Numbered from the stretch's first letter, positions 25,166 to 37,392 are shown. The stretch: 64,000 nucleotides of DNA from Schizochytrium sp. TIO01 (GCA_004764695.1 SMSO01000031.1:4068436-4132435), one strand, 5' to 3'. Notes: a model not told the origin generated them from the sequence alone. Numbers and translations are program-made.

Positions 25166-26414
25166 TTTTGTTTCCGCTTCTCAAAGCTCGTTACTTGTCT
25201 AGGCTTACCTCCGTATTTTCAGATGATACACCTGCCCGCTCACCACTATCACGAGAGTCAGGCGGTATTCCCCTCCCCCACCAAATCTGTACATATTCAG
25301 GTGAAAACCTAAGGCAAAGCGTATCATTAACCAGGGCGAAGGGTGCCTTCTTTTGCCCCCTCGGAGAAACTTAGGAAGGTGGAAAAGGACCTTTCCAGAA
25401 ATGGAGTAGTATTTTTATTGTATTTTATTTGTTTATTTTTTTTTAAATTATAAAACTATAAGTGTCTATCTTTCTATGTTTTGCTTCTATGCTTTTAGAG
25501 ATGCCCCTTATACTACAGAAATGATCTTCTTGACTGCTGAAGCCAAGATAGAGGCGTAGAGCCCTGCACGTGCTTGCTAGCTTCGGCCCTACGAAGCCTA
25601 CAGCAATGAGTCGAATATTCTCTCGCTTGTTGCTTTGCTTTGCCTTTTGCTTGGCTTCACGTTTGCATATTCGACTTATTAGTGAATTGATTACAACGGG
25701 ATAATTGGTGCTATGGACTTTTCTTTTCTACTCGACAAAGTGAAGGAAAAAAGGGGGAAATGCCTTATTAGCAGCTTTTGCAAAGGTGCAATTACCTTCA
25801 TACAGCACACGTATATCTATATAGTTATATATATAGATATTTTTATTTATTTAAATAAATTGAAAGTAAGTAAGAAGTAAAGCAAGCAAGTAAGCAAACT
25901 AACTCAAGAGATCGTATGCCGCCGCTTGAACTCTGGAGAAAGTTGTCTCTCTATCCCTTTGTTGGTTTGCTTTGTCTGACGCTTTAGAAGCAGAGGAGCG
26001 AGGACGCAGAAGGGTGACCCTCTCCGGACAAAGGCACTGACAAGGGGACCACCAGAGTCCAGAATCAACGCGAAGCAGGGAAGAGGGGAACTAGCGCTTC
26101 GACGGAGTTTTGAGCCATCGACCAACCTCGAGGTGAGAGTGAACAATTTTTCATTTTTTCATGTTTTCATCTTCTCGTGTTCTCAATTATTCTTTCTTTT
26201 GTCAGTCAGTCAGTCAGTCACAGTCAGTCTGTCATTGCAATGAGAAATAATGCATGCATGCTATTTCATGATCAATCAACTCACTCCCGTTGAGTGAATG
26301 AACGCTATACTGATGCTCAGCTCAGGGAATGAATGAATCATCACCCCTCCAGCTCCGGGGGATTGGAGAGACAGCGCGGGTTAGTGAAACAAGCAGTGAG
26401 GAGGGCAGCTTAAG

Positions 26415-26490
26415 TGTTGCTGTTGCTGTTGCTATTGCTGTTGCTGTTGCTGTATTGCTATTGCTGTTGCTGTTGCTATTGCTGTATTAC
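26415..26490. repeat. (TGTTGC/TATTGC)n hexamer repeat
   Basis: Direct inspection. Confidence 0.85.
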
Positions 26491-26775
26491 TGCTGTTGTA
26501 CGAGTTCGCTAGCTCTAGCTATCTATCTACCTGAGCGCTTAGGAGAAGTTGTGATGAGCAGGCACTCACTCTTTCAGCTTCTTCATTGCTGTAAGTCTAA
26601 TACAAAGTCAATCGAAGCCAAAATAGTATTTTTTACCATTTCTTGAAAGAAATAGTGCTCATAGTTTTTTGTTTTTTTTAAAAAACTAAATTAAAAACAA
26701 ATTTGTATTTTTTTTAAAAATATATATAAATCTCTAAGGCGGTCCAGTTCATAAAATAAGTTTTTATTTATGTAT

Positions 26776-26807
<32 letters not shown>

Positions 26808-27599
26808 ATAGTACGAGATTATTTGTTTTTGAGAAAAAGTGGAATGTCGTGGTAATTGCAAGAAATGGCGAATTTTAACATGTTTTGTTTTTTGTTTTGT
26901 TTGGATTTTTAAAGAAAAAGAAGGATCAATAAAATTTAAGCAAAAGCAATCGACAGAGCTTTTAAACAAACTCGATCAATTCATTGTCTCGTCCTTCGAT
27001 GGTTGCTGTATATATTGATCCCTCGCGTATTCTCTGTGTGTCAGTCTGTGTGTGTTGTCAGTCTGGGCTGTCACGGTATGTCTGTTTGTTTATTAATTTA
27101 TCTATTTGTCTCGCCTCTCTGTCTGTCTCTCTTTTATTTGTCTTTGCCTTTCTGCTGTCGGAGACTAACTGACTGACTGAATGACTGAATGACTGACTGA
27201 GCGTCGATCTAATTTTATCTGTGTCTGTTTTCTTTTTGTTTCTTTGTTTCTTTGTTTCTTTATTAGTTGCTTTCATTTCTGTTTGTTTGTTTGATTGTTC
27301 CTCTGTTTCCCTGTTTCATTGTTTCAATTCTCAAGGCAGCAAACTCAAGCAGGCGGAGCGGCAGGCGGCCAGACTCGCTGCTGCTGCTGCTGCACTGCTG
27401 CAGCTGCTGCTGGCAGGCGGCGGCGGCCGCTGCTGTTGCGGCTTGCCCGTTCATTCCAGGTCTACTGGTGTAGATCAGCCCCGAGCCTTCGATTAGGTGA
27501 CTTCGCGTTTCATTTCATCCCTCCCTCCATCCAGCTAGGCATCCTCTCTTCTTAGCGGCGTTCGCTCGACGCAAGAGTGAGCCCACTTAAGCCGGAGCG

Positions 27600-30252
27600 A
27601 TGATGGGCGTCGAAGGCGAGGGAATGGCGACGTCGGGAGCTGGTGGCAGCGCGAGCAGGCTACTTGCACTGCCGGGGTCGGCGTTCGGACTTGTGGTGGG
27701 CTTCCTGGACGCCGACGACGAGCAGGCGTTGCGGGCAAGCTGCCGCGTCTTCGCGCTCATCCTTGCGCACCTCATGCGCGCAGCATCCGCAGGGTATGAT
27801 GTACACGACGCAGACGAGTTCCTGCGTAGGCCCACTGTCGCCGTCGTACACCCGTGGGTCGCCGTTTCAAAGAGGTATGCGAGCCTCTCGCCGTACTCCG
27901 TGGTGGAGTGGGAAATCCTCGTACAGCTCGCATTCCTACGCGGAAAACTGTCCACCCTTCTCCTGTATAGGAACACAGACCAAATTGGGTCCATGGTTGT
28001 TGACTCACTCTGCATGCGCCTGCTGCCCACAGAGTTCTCCGAGCTCATCGCGCGCAGCTCTCTGGCTTGCATCGCTGCGCTCAACATCTCCGAGAACCTC
28101 GCGGAGATGGCGAGGAGCTGCCAGCGTCAAGTTTTTCTCGGCTCAGCGGGTAGCAGCGTGGGAGACGAGGATGTGGAAGACGAGGATGTGGAAGACATGG
28201 AGGACGATGAAGAAATAAGGGCCGCAAGGGGAGACGCCGAGGATGACATCGATGACGATCTCGAGGAAGACATGGACCACAGCGAGCTGAAAAACGAAGC
28301 CACGGACGACATCATGGAGGAAGATACCTCTAGCGTTGGAGACTGGCGGGCCGTAGACGACAGTAAACGCCTCAACAGCAGCGGGAGTGGAGACGCGACG
28401 AGCACGAGTACACCGCGGACGAATTCAAGGTCAGACGATGAGGAGATGCCAGCAAGGGCGAATGGAAGGAGGGGGGTTAGCAACTCAGACGATGGAGACG
28501 TAGAGATGATGACAGCTTCTTCGAATGCGTCCTTTCAGGAAAAACCTTCTTCCTCGACCTCGTCATCACCACCAGCGCCGGGACCACCGGCGAACACGAT
28601 ATCTTCGTCATCTTCGTCGGAGTCATCTACAAGGAATTGCGGAGTGCGCCAGCAGCTACACCAGCATCAAAATACTGCAGGAGTACCCCAAAAAACTAAA
28701 ATCACCTCGCCCAACGGGCGTCAGCACCAAAACAGCTTCCGCAACGGTGTCGCCAGCAATAGTGAATCTAGCAACGCTAACAATAACACCCATGGCGGGC
28801 CGATCAAAAACTCGCTCAGCAAATCAAGTAGCGACAGTAACATCACCTCCACCAATAGCTTTAACCAGAGCGAGGGCGCGAAGACAGAGAACTCGACCAC
28901 CCCTAGTAAGTCTGATAACTTCCACGACCAATCTGACGAGGAAAAGGTCCACGCCTCCTCCTCCTCATCCACGCGCATCGACGACCAACTTATTGACCAA
29001 GACTATTTTGGCTCAGAGCTCAACGATGTGGTGGCTGAACGCATGGCTATTCTCAAGGGTTCCTCACGTAGCGAAGACTTTTATCACCAGAAGCAAGACG
29101 CCCTCAATGGCATTGTTAACCTAGTGGAGAATCAATTCGCATACTGCAGCCGCGTTTTGCGGTTTCCCCTGTGGAATGCTGCCTGCAATGTAGCAACCGC
29201 TAGCGGAAACTCACTCCTTACGTCTGACCGTGTAGCCAGCTTATATACAAACGGCTTTTGCATCATAGACAATTTTTTGACAGAAGGCACCGTGCGTGCT
29301 GTTTTCCAGCGCTGTGTCGATTTTGTGAAAATGACCAACTCAGTGCTTAATCTACCTGCTGATGAACTCGAAAAGCTTGGTCTCCCTGAGCCTTCCTCCT
29401 TTTTCATGATGCGCGGTGACCCACCTACTGCTCGCGGAGATTGCCTACTGTGGCTCAACCGCGAAGCCCCACCAGGCTCAAAACCACCCTTTTCTGGTGT
29501 CATGGATCGCTTTACACAACTCTACGAAGAGCTCGGTTCCGTCATCAAATTACAGGGAGGAAGAGAAGCTCAATTGGCGTTTTACCCTGATCAGGGAGAG
29601 GGGTACCGCCGCCACCGGGACTCCACACCCGACGACGGATCTCGCGTTTCAGACAACCGCAGAATTACCGCCATTTGTTATTGTAATCCCAGCTGGGATG
29701 AGTCCCACGGAGGAAAGGTAAGTAGTATACGTTGAAAACATAATGCGTCGACTTTTGTGAGCACCACCAGTACACTTTGTATTATTTCCTCTTAAAACCA
29801 AACAATTACAAGTAGAAGACATGGTTGACCACTTGTTGTTGGATTTATTACTGCCAGGGCAAGACCTTCCCCGAAGGAGAGTCCTGTGTTCCGATCGGTT
29901 GCTTGTCTTTTGTGTACAGTTTTGAGAAATTGGGTTCAAAGATCGATATAATGATCACATGCATTTTTTCATGGGAAAACTAACTGACATATATATTGTT
30001 ACCGAACACCCCGCTTCGTGCACACTGAATTGAGTGAACTTTTCGTCTCTGGTGGATCAAATCTTTGGGGAAAAAAAATAAAAAAAACAATAAAAACAGC
30101 TGCGGTTGTGGCTTAGCCATTTACCGTCCGAACCTGTCATCGACCTGAGGCCTCTTCCTGGCCGCCTGGTCGTCTTTTTGAGTGGACTCTTGGACCATGA
30201 AGTGCGCCCCTCTTTCCATGGCCGCGTTGCCGTGACAAACTGGTTCTGGTAA
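27600..30252 (+). CDS. EGLN/PHD-type 2OG-Fe(II) prolyl 4-hydroxylase with an F-box-like N-terminus; exons 27600-29717 and 30100-30252
   Basis: Exon 1 ends ...ARGD...YRRHRD...RRITAICYCNPSWDESHGGK. Phase-0 splice to exon 2 LRLWL...PLPGRLVVFLSGLLDHEVRPSFHGRVAVTNWFW*. HxD...H triad and 2OG-binding Arg are complete after splicing. N-terminal LLALPGSAFGLVVGFLD...ALRASCRVF. Confidence 0.88.
29718..30099 (+). other. Spliceosomal intron (382 nt), GT-AG
   Basis: Donor AAG|gtaagt, candidate branch point actaac near 29980, A-rich acceptor ...caataaaaacag. Removal restores the hydroxylase domain. Confidence 0.88.
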
Positions 30253-31032
30253 ATGTGGGACCTTATGTGGTATCCAAATTGCACATCTATGCGCGTTCTC
30301 TTGCCCAGACGCTCACATAGAGTGCGCCATTTGACGTCAATCGTCTTTATATAAACAGCCAACTGTAACCGCCTTGGATCACTCTGTATCATCGGCCTGC
30401 TCCAACGCGACCCGTTGTGTCTTGCCTCCCTCTGCTTACTAAACAAAACAAAGAAACAAAAAAGAACACAAACAGTCTTGAGTACACCTTTGCATGCATG
30501 TTGCAACGAACTTCTCTTGGTTAACACAACTTTCGTGTGCCTCGCACAAAGAGAGGCAGGACATCATTCATTCACTCACCCATCCTTATCCCAACCATCT
30601 TATATTCTTTTCTTCTTCTTCCTCTTCCTCTTCCTCTTTCTGTTGCATTTCTCGGCTGATTTCGATTGTACGTCTAGTTGATCTAGGTCTATGCATCATA
30701 GTCAACAACTGTTTCCAACCTAGTCTTGAATCACACCCATTAGTCACGAAAGACGGTGTCTCATCGTATAGAGAGACGGAAACGAAGAGATAAACCTGGA
30801 CTTCAACTTATATTTGAGACCACATACCATGGCAATCTATTTCTTTTTGTGACTTACTGAAACACGTTTTCTCCTGTGAATCACGATATACTAGGTTCAC
30901 TGGCAACTTAGGATTCTCGAGTGAAAAAATTAAAAAACTAAAAAAGACAACATTTCCGCATACTATCGTAGTATCAAGTTAATATTGCATCTGAGTTGTG
31001 GAATACGCACAAAAAGTATAAGCAAGAGTTTA

Positions 31033-34000
31033 TTAATCAAAAGTTCTTTGTCTAGTAATACGTTCAATGCTCTCAAGCTGACGTGAAAATTTTTCTTGTG
31101 CGGCAGCATACAATGCCATGTCACACTGGTTGTACTCCTCAATCAAAGCGCGAGCTTCATCGGATATAGTTTCAATAGTTTCGAAAATCACTGATCGACG
31201 ATTTGATCCATGTGTTGATGCTGCACACCCTTTCGTAATGCTTGTCTCAAGCCATGGAAGAAAGTACCCAAATACGTCGACTGTTTCTTCCCACCGCTCC
31301 TGTATTCCTACAAGAAACTCGTCATTGAGACGTTTCACTGCAAGATCTACCGTACATCTACCCATTGTCTCAGCAGCAGATTTCAATGGAGCCATAAGGG
31401 GAGATTGTCCACTATGAGTTTTTACACCACACACCATTTTACAACCTGCATCACTTAGGCCTTCATCCCGCCAGAGACTGTATGCAGAGCCACGCCAAAA
31501 ATTTAATACAGTTCGAAGATCTCTGGCTGGCAAGTCGTTCAATTTGATGCCATTCTGAGGATAAACTCGCTCATAGTAATATGATATAGCACGCGCGACG
31601 GGGTGACGTTGGATTGTGGACACATAAGCTCGAGGAACCCTAACTCTTCCCATGCTCCGTACGCAAAATGACCTCCAAACAAGTTCTCAGAGGCTGAGGC
31701 CTGGCGCAGGTTAAACGTCATACAGTCGACACCACCATGACAAGGAAGAAAGCTCTTCAAGTCTGGACTTTGTCGACCTGCATCCGCTAAGATATCCCTC
31801 AAGCACGTGCCAGCAGTCTTTTCAAGATGTAAGAATACAAACGGAAGGTCCTGGCTGGGTTGCCACAAAGGAACAGGATGCTTACTACCATAATATCTTT
31901 CCAAATGTCTCACAAGCAAATACCGCTCCATATATGATCGCGACATCTTGATACAATCACATCGTTCAAGACGGTGCGCCGTACATGTGTCTGAGAGTGC
32001 ATATGGTACGTCTTCACTTGCCATAACAAGTCTGCCATCACCTATAGAAAATGGTAATCCACTATATGGCTCAGGAAATTGCAAGGTACGACGATCTTGC
32101 AACTGGAAATGTCTTCGATTATGTCCTGATATCCACGACTCTACAGTTGCCAGAAACGACGATTTAATGACTTGAATTGAATGAGCAAACTCGTTGAATT
32201 CGAAGGAGTTCATGCATCTCGTTGGGTGTAACAATTCACAAGTCTGAGAATCCCACAATCGAGTGCAAAATTTACGTTCGGCAATTGCTTCTTCTTGCAC
32301 TCTTGTCGAAGGCATAAGACCATTCCCAGCCCACTTGAATTCAATCTTTGGCAATACAAAGTAAGACCATGACGTACTACCAGGAACCTGCCTGACTTCC
32401 GTAAGAGCCCATGCTGAACCCACGACAGTCATATTAATATCATCAGCACATGTGTTCAAGAGTTCGCCAGAATCAATATGCAAGTCTTCTCCGTATATGA
32501 CAGCATGATCAAGAATACTAAATGAGTTCACCGCAGTTTCTACACCAAGTCGTGCTAAATCTGGGTCTACATTTATGGGTATGTTCTTGGACCACCAAGG
32601 GCCCTGAAGCCATGATTGCTTACTCCAACGAACGACAAAGGTTGGTTGGGGCTCAGGTTTTTGGCAAATTGCTATTGCGTTCTGAGAACCTACAAGAGCC
32701 TGAGATGTGAATTGCCAGTGCCAGTCGCACCATCCAGGTTGCATGAACAAAACCAAACTTGTGCCACTGGGCATAAAAATTGCGTTATGCGCCGCAGTGC
32801 CTTGCTGACATACAAGCACGTCAGTTTCGTGCGCAAATAAAGATAGCTGCTCTCTAAAACTTAGCTTTTCAAGGTGAGCAATTTGAACAATAATGTTTTT
32901 CATGCCAAGAAGGGAAGAAATTACCTCCGGAAAGTTCAGTATTGTTCGAGATCCTTCACGTGCAACCACAGTCACCCGATGAACATCTTCTTCCTTCTTT
33001 GCTTCCGTCTCTGCGGGAGGAGCATGGCGCAAAAGAAAATCTCGAAGAGACGAGTACCTTTGTCTTCTTTGGTCTAAATTACGAAGATCCGGGCCACGTA
33101 CAGAAAATGTTTCCCTCACATCCAATTGAATATGAACCTCATCATCAAAGCAGGTGATACCAGGAAGCATATCCAAAGCCCGTTTTGAGTGAATTGTAAA
33201 ACCAGTAAAGTGTCGCAAAAGAGAGAAAGCATTTCGCTCTCTGCCTATATAGGTTCCAAGCAATGCTGCAAAATATTCTCTCATGTTGTGTTGATCTGCA
33301 ACTCCCATGAACACAAGTGGTTCCTTGCCCTCTGCCCGCAGCCTTTGTGTAACATCAAATAAGGCTTCAAATACGTCAATAATTAAATGACCAATATGCC
33401 ACCCCAAAATGTCAAAGATTATGACCGGCTGCGTGATTCTTCGTGCGCAATATAAATGTTGGGGTGTTCTAGGAAGGACGTGCGCCGTTGTTAAATCTGA
33501 GTTGCCTGCTGCACTGATAAAGCTTGACCAGCGACTAACTCCAACAATTGACCGATTCAGGTGTTCATGAGCACCCAAGGGGTCAATTACAAGAAGCCTA
33601 GCATTCCTCCCCTCAAGCATGCCTCCATCATACCCACATCCATGGCATTGAGCACTTCGATGCATGGAAGGAACACTATTGATACTTTGAACAGAGACGT
33701 AACGCGTATCCGGTAGTCTCAGGTCTAGTGGTGGGGGTAGCGGGCAAATATCTTCATATTTCAAAAAAGGCTCATCGCTACAATCTAAAGGTAAAGGCAT
33801 CTTCTGCAGCTTGCGTTGCAAAAAATACTCACACAATATTCTGGTTTGTGGAGATGCAGAGTTCCAACAGTCACGAGTCACAAGTGTCTCTGATTCTAAG
33901 TGTTTCTGGCAGCTTTGAAGCAGTGATGTATCTAGGGTGAGGTTTTGGCTTTCGCTTGCATTCAGAATACAGGCTGGGCGGACAGACTCAGCAATTGCTA

Positions 34001-34091
34001 GGGCCATAAATATAAATAACAGGGAGTAGCGAACTATGGGCTTCGCATATGGCCATCTTGTGCAAGGCTTTCTTAAGATTATAAAACCCAT
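31033..34091 (-). CDS. Glycosyltransferase family 61-like + sulfotransferase fusion protein, interrupted by a 1-nt frame break near 31620
   Basis: N-terminal signal anchor. GT61 motifs (WHIGHLIID, R.ILNFPEV, LEKLSFREQL, QQGTAAHNAIFMPSG). Sulfotransferase 5'PSB FVFLHLEKTAGT and GHF in ORF 31539-34091; 3'PB RHPVARAISYYY, VGIQERW and YNQCDMALY in the overlapping ORF 31033-31653. Confidence 0.8.
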
Positions 34092-34691
34092 ATTAGCAAC
34101 AATTCGACAAACCCATTAATCTCTTTTCCCACAAATATTTGTTGATAATAGGCTCAAAATCTTGACGCAACGTAGTTTTAGGTTCTCCAACCACCTTCGT
34201 GCATGTCTCAAACCAGTCACAGTCTTTACTCGCCTCTTGGTCAAGCTGAGAGAGGCTAAAAGCTAATATATGAGAAACGATCTTCAGACAGCCGTTCTGA
34301 TGACAGCCACCTTGCAATCAATCCCCGAGCCTTACTTGGGTAGGTTGGAACTACAAGCTTTGTCTGGGATGGCAATCTTTGCATTCCAAAAGCCTACTAC
34401 AAAAATCCAATTGCTAAGTGCTAAGCAGTTAACAGATTATATCAACTCCTAGTAATAAGGATAAGAACGCACAGAACAGAACCGGAACAGAAAGAGGGCT
34501 ATCTCTGGATAGCCCACAAAGGCTAAAGCACGACCATTCATGGCATTGCTTCGGTGTCTTATTGTTTTTAATTACTGCGATTAACTAAGATTGATCAAGA
34601 ATAATCTGACAAAGTAATCGTCAATCAATCAATCAACTAAAGACAAAGCTCCTGTGCTCGCAAGCAGTCAAACGAAACAACAACAGCCAAG

Positions 34692-34826
34692 ATGATGATG
34701 CAGCCGCAGATCGACTACGCCGCCGTGCGTCAGGACCTCAAGGTCAAGGCCGTCCTCCTTGTCACCTACCTCGCCATTGTCCGCGCTGCTCCCCTCGTGA
34801 TTGACGCCATTGCCGGCAACAAGTAA
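34692..34826 (+). CDS. TOM5: 44-aa tail-anchored microprotein, Tom5-like subunit of the mitochondrial TOM complex
   Basis: MMMQPQIDYAAVRQDLKVKAVLLVTYLAIVRAAPLVIDAIAGNK*. The YLAIVRAAPLVI segment parallels the YVALLRVTPFIL segment of animal TOMM5. Extreme C/G-ending codon bias like importin alpha, and A-rich context before the ATG. Confidence 0.72.
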   Translation: MMMQPQIDYAAVRQDLKVKAVLLVTYLAIVRAAPLVIDAIAGNK

Positions 34827-35650
34827 GCAAGCCCTGGCTGAGCAGCAGTATGCCACGCCGACGCGAATTGGTGTCCTGTCAACTTGCTCAAAGGAGCGGA
34901 TGTGTAGGTAGTAGTCCTGTGGACCTCGAACTCTTAAACTTTAAAGGAATAGCTAAGAGCTATCAAAAACTTCATCCCATCACCATCACAAAACAACAAC
35001 AACAACAAAATATATTCTGGCTATCAGCAATTCTCATACGAGATTCTTTCATTGTTATGCTTTAGGTAGGAGACCATTTAAATACACTCTTGTTTGGGCG
35101 ACGAGCAGCAACACCAGCAAGGTGGAATTGAGTTATACATTCAGTTTCACAGAGTTGTGGAGACAAATGCAAATGAAAGCGTGGCGCAAACTCTTTTCTG
35201 CATTTTGTTTCAAGCTGTACTTCTTCTTGAGCCTTCCTAATGGCTAAAAGCCTAACGGTTTGCGCTGTACTCAGGCTTATATAAACCGCATGGTTGCATT
35301 CTGTTAAAATTGGAATGGAAAATTGCAAAAGTTGATGTTTCGCTTGTCATGACGATGAACTGATCTCCAATGTCTTGGACTTGAAATCACCATTGCTACG
35401 TATTAATAAACGGTAAGTACTGGATGTTTGAGATTCTAATATATTTTGTTGAGTTTCGTCTACCGACAATATGTTATCCTGACAGGCCAGCTTAGTTATA
35501 TGCATCTGCATTGTATCATTCTGCACATTCGTCAAAGTCATAAGTTGTTCAAAGCGAGGGAGGTTCTATCACACGCACGTCAAGTCAGAGGCACAGACCA
35601 CTGAAAATATAAAGTCCAATTATTTTATCTCCCACGCTAACGATGCGGAC

Positions 35651-36721
35651 TTAAATACCAAAGAAACGGAAAGCAGCAGGGGCGATAATGAGGATAATGG
35701 GTGGTACAGATGCAAAGCGAAGATAGCACAGCGAAAGCGCACCAAGACGCGAGTATGGTTGAATAACCTTGTCTAGAGCGCGAATCGAAAGGAAAATGCT
35801 AAGCAAAATAGCAAGCCCCACTACAACTCGAGAAATTGAGTGAAGCACCTCCGTGGGCATTGCAAATGCCATATAATTACTTTCTCCAACTGCTAGGCCG
35901 CCAACAACACCGCACATTCCTACATAGAGACGCAGTGGAACCTCTGCAGGCTCAAGCTTCTTCCCAGGGCCAAGCCATTTGGTCGCATTCTCAAGCCATT
36001 CTGCAGGCACTTCAAACTTTCGGATCTTAGCGAACTCCAGAAATACAAGAGCGAGCAAAACAAATGAAAACATAAGACCGAGCCATGTTCTCATGAGGGC
36101 GCTATACTCAAACAGCCTCATGTCTTGAACAACCTCTAAAGTGTATAACAACCCTGCTCCAAGTCCTACACCAATGAGTGCACCAACTGACACGTCATGC
36201 GGGTAGTGCATGCCCTCGAAGACGCGAGAAAAGCATACCATAGCAGCGTAAACGTACGGTAAAGGTGAACGCAGCTCATGCGCAAAGTAAACTGCCAGAC
36301 TAAAAGTAAGCATCGCATGGCTACTAGGGAAAGAGAGTTCATGCGCGGCGCTATGACCAAATTGACGCACAGATTTATCGACCCAAGTCGGTCGTGGGTG
36401 TCTGAAGGTCCACTTAATGAGACCATTGAGGATTTCAGAAATGGGGATTAGCCAGATTGCTTCTGTTCCCCAGCGATTATCCACGCACCAGTTGAGGATT
36501 GCAAAAAATACAACAAGGCCGTCACCGGTGCATGTCTCACCTAGAATATGCATGAAGGTGCAAAACCATGGAAATCCAAGCTGGCTTTGCATCGATACGA
36601 TCCAGCCACGTTCATGCTGAAGTAGAGACTCCCATGGTGTCTTTGGTGACGGTTTTGTCATCTTTCGCAGTTCAGCAGCATCCTCCTTGGGTTTTGTAGA
36701 CGCCTCCACAGCCTGCACCAT
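35651..36721 (-). CDS. PAP2-superfamily integral membrane lipid phosphatase (sphingosine-1-phosphate phosphatase-like)
   Basis: C1 KWTFRHPRP, C2 SFPSSH, C3 SRVFEGMHYPHDV and multiple TM helices. First ATG at 36721; the ORF track starts at TTG. Confidence 0.9.
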   Translation of the reverse strand: MVQAVEASTKPKEDAAELRKMTKPSPKTPWESLLQHERGWIVSMQSQLGFPWFCTFMHILGETCTGDGLVVFFAILNWCVDNRWGTEAIWLIPISEILNGLIKWTFRHPRPTWVDKSVRQFGHSAAHELSFPSSHAMLTFSLAVYFAHELRSPLPYVYAAMVCFSRVFEGMHYPHDVSVGALIGVGLGAGLLYTLEVVQDMRLFEYSALMRTWLGLMFSFVLLALVFLEFAKIRKFEVPAEWLENATKWLGPGKKLEPAEVPLRLYVGMCGVVGGLAVGESNYMAFAMPTEVLHSISRVVVGLAILLSIFLSIRALDKVIQPYSRLGALSLCYLRFASVPPIILIIAPAAFRFFGI

Positions 36722-37392
36722 TGTGCCAATCACCCCAACTGACTTCTTCGCGAGCAAGCCTCCGCCACACCTCGCGAGAGCTTAACACGAACACGCCTCG
36801 CCAATGCAAGAGGTTTTTATTGCACAGTATTGAAGGTTTGCTGCAGCAGCCTCGCTGGATATGGCTTATCCTGGCAAGCTTTTACGCACTTTGGTCCTTT
36901 TTGCTTATCATCGAGCGAGCGAGTGAATGCGTAAATGTTTTCGTGTTTTCTCTCAAGAAAAAAGAAAAAGTTTCTGTTTATTAAAATTAATTAAAATGAA
37001 AGAATCAATCTGAAATATCTGTGTTTAGGATGGCTGTTAAATTCGCCCAAGTGAAGTGATAACAGAGGCAGTCTCGGAGCAAGATCATGGTATGATTGTC
37101 AGGCACGCTATTAAGAAAATCACCTTGAAGGAGTGAATCGGAAGTAAAAGGCGTACCTCTTCTTATTTAATTTTATTTATTTATTAAAATAAATAAAATT
37201 AAAGTATCGTCTTATTCCCACCATTTTAATTCAAAGAGCGTAATCTATCCTCAGGACATTTACGGTCCCCGCTTGGCGATCCAGAAATTAACGTGTGGCT
37301 TTGATAAAGGAAGAGAAAGATTCGAGTCCATAAGTAGGGTCTTGTCAGACGCTACCACTTATACTCAAGACTCAAGGTGATCAACGCCATAA

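Noticed and set aside
27600-34091. Hydroxylase plus neighbouring glycosyltransferase as a Skp1 hydroxylation-glycosylation gene cluster
   Set aside because: The known Skp1 GlcNAc transferase (Gnt1) is a cytosolic GT60. The neighbour is GT61-like with a signal anchor, so probably lumenal, and the adjacency is likely coincidental.
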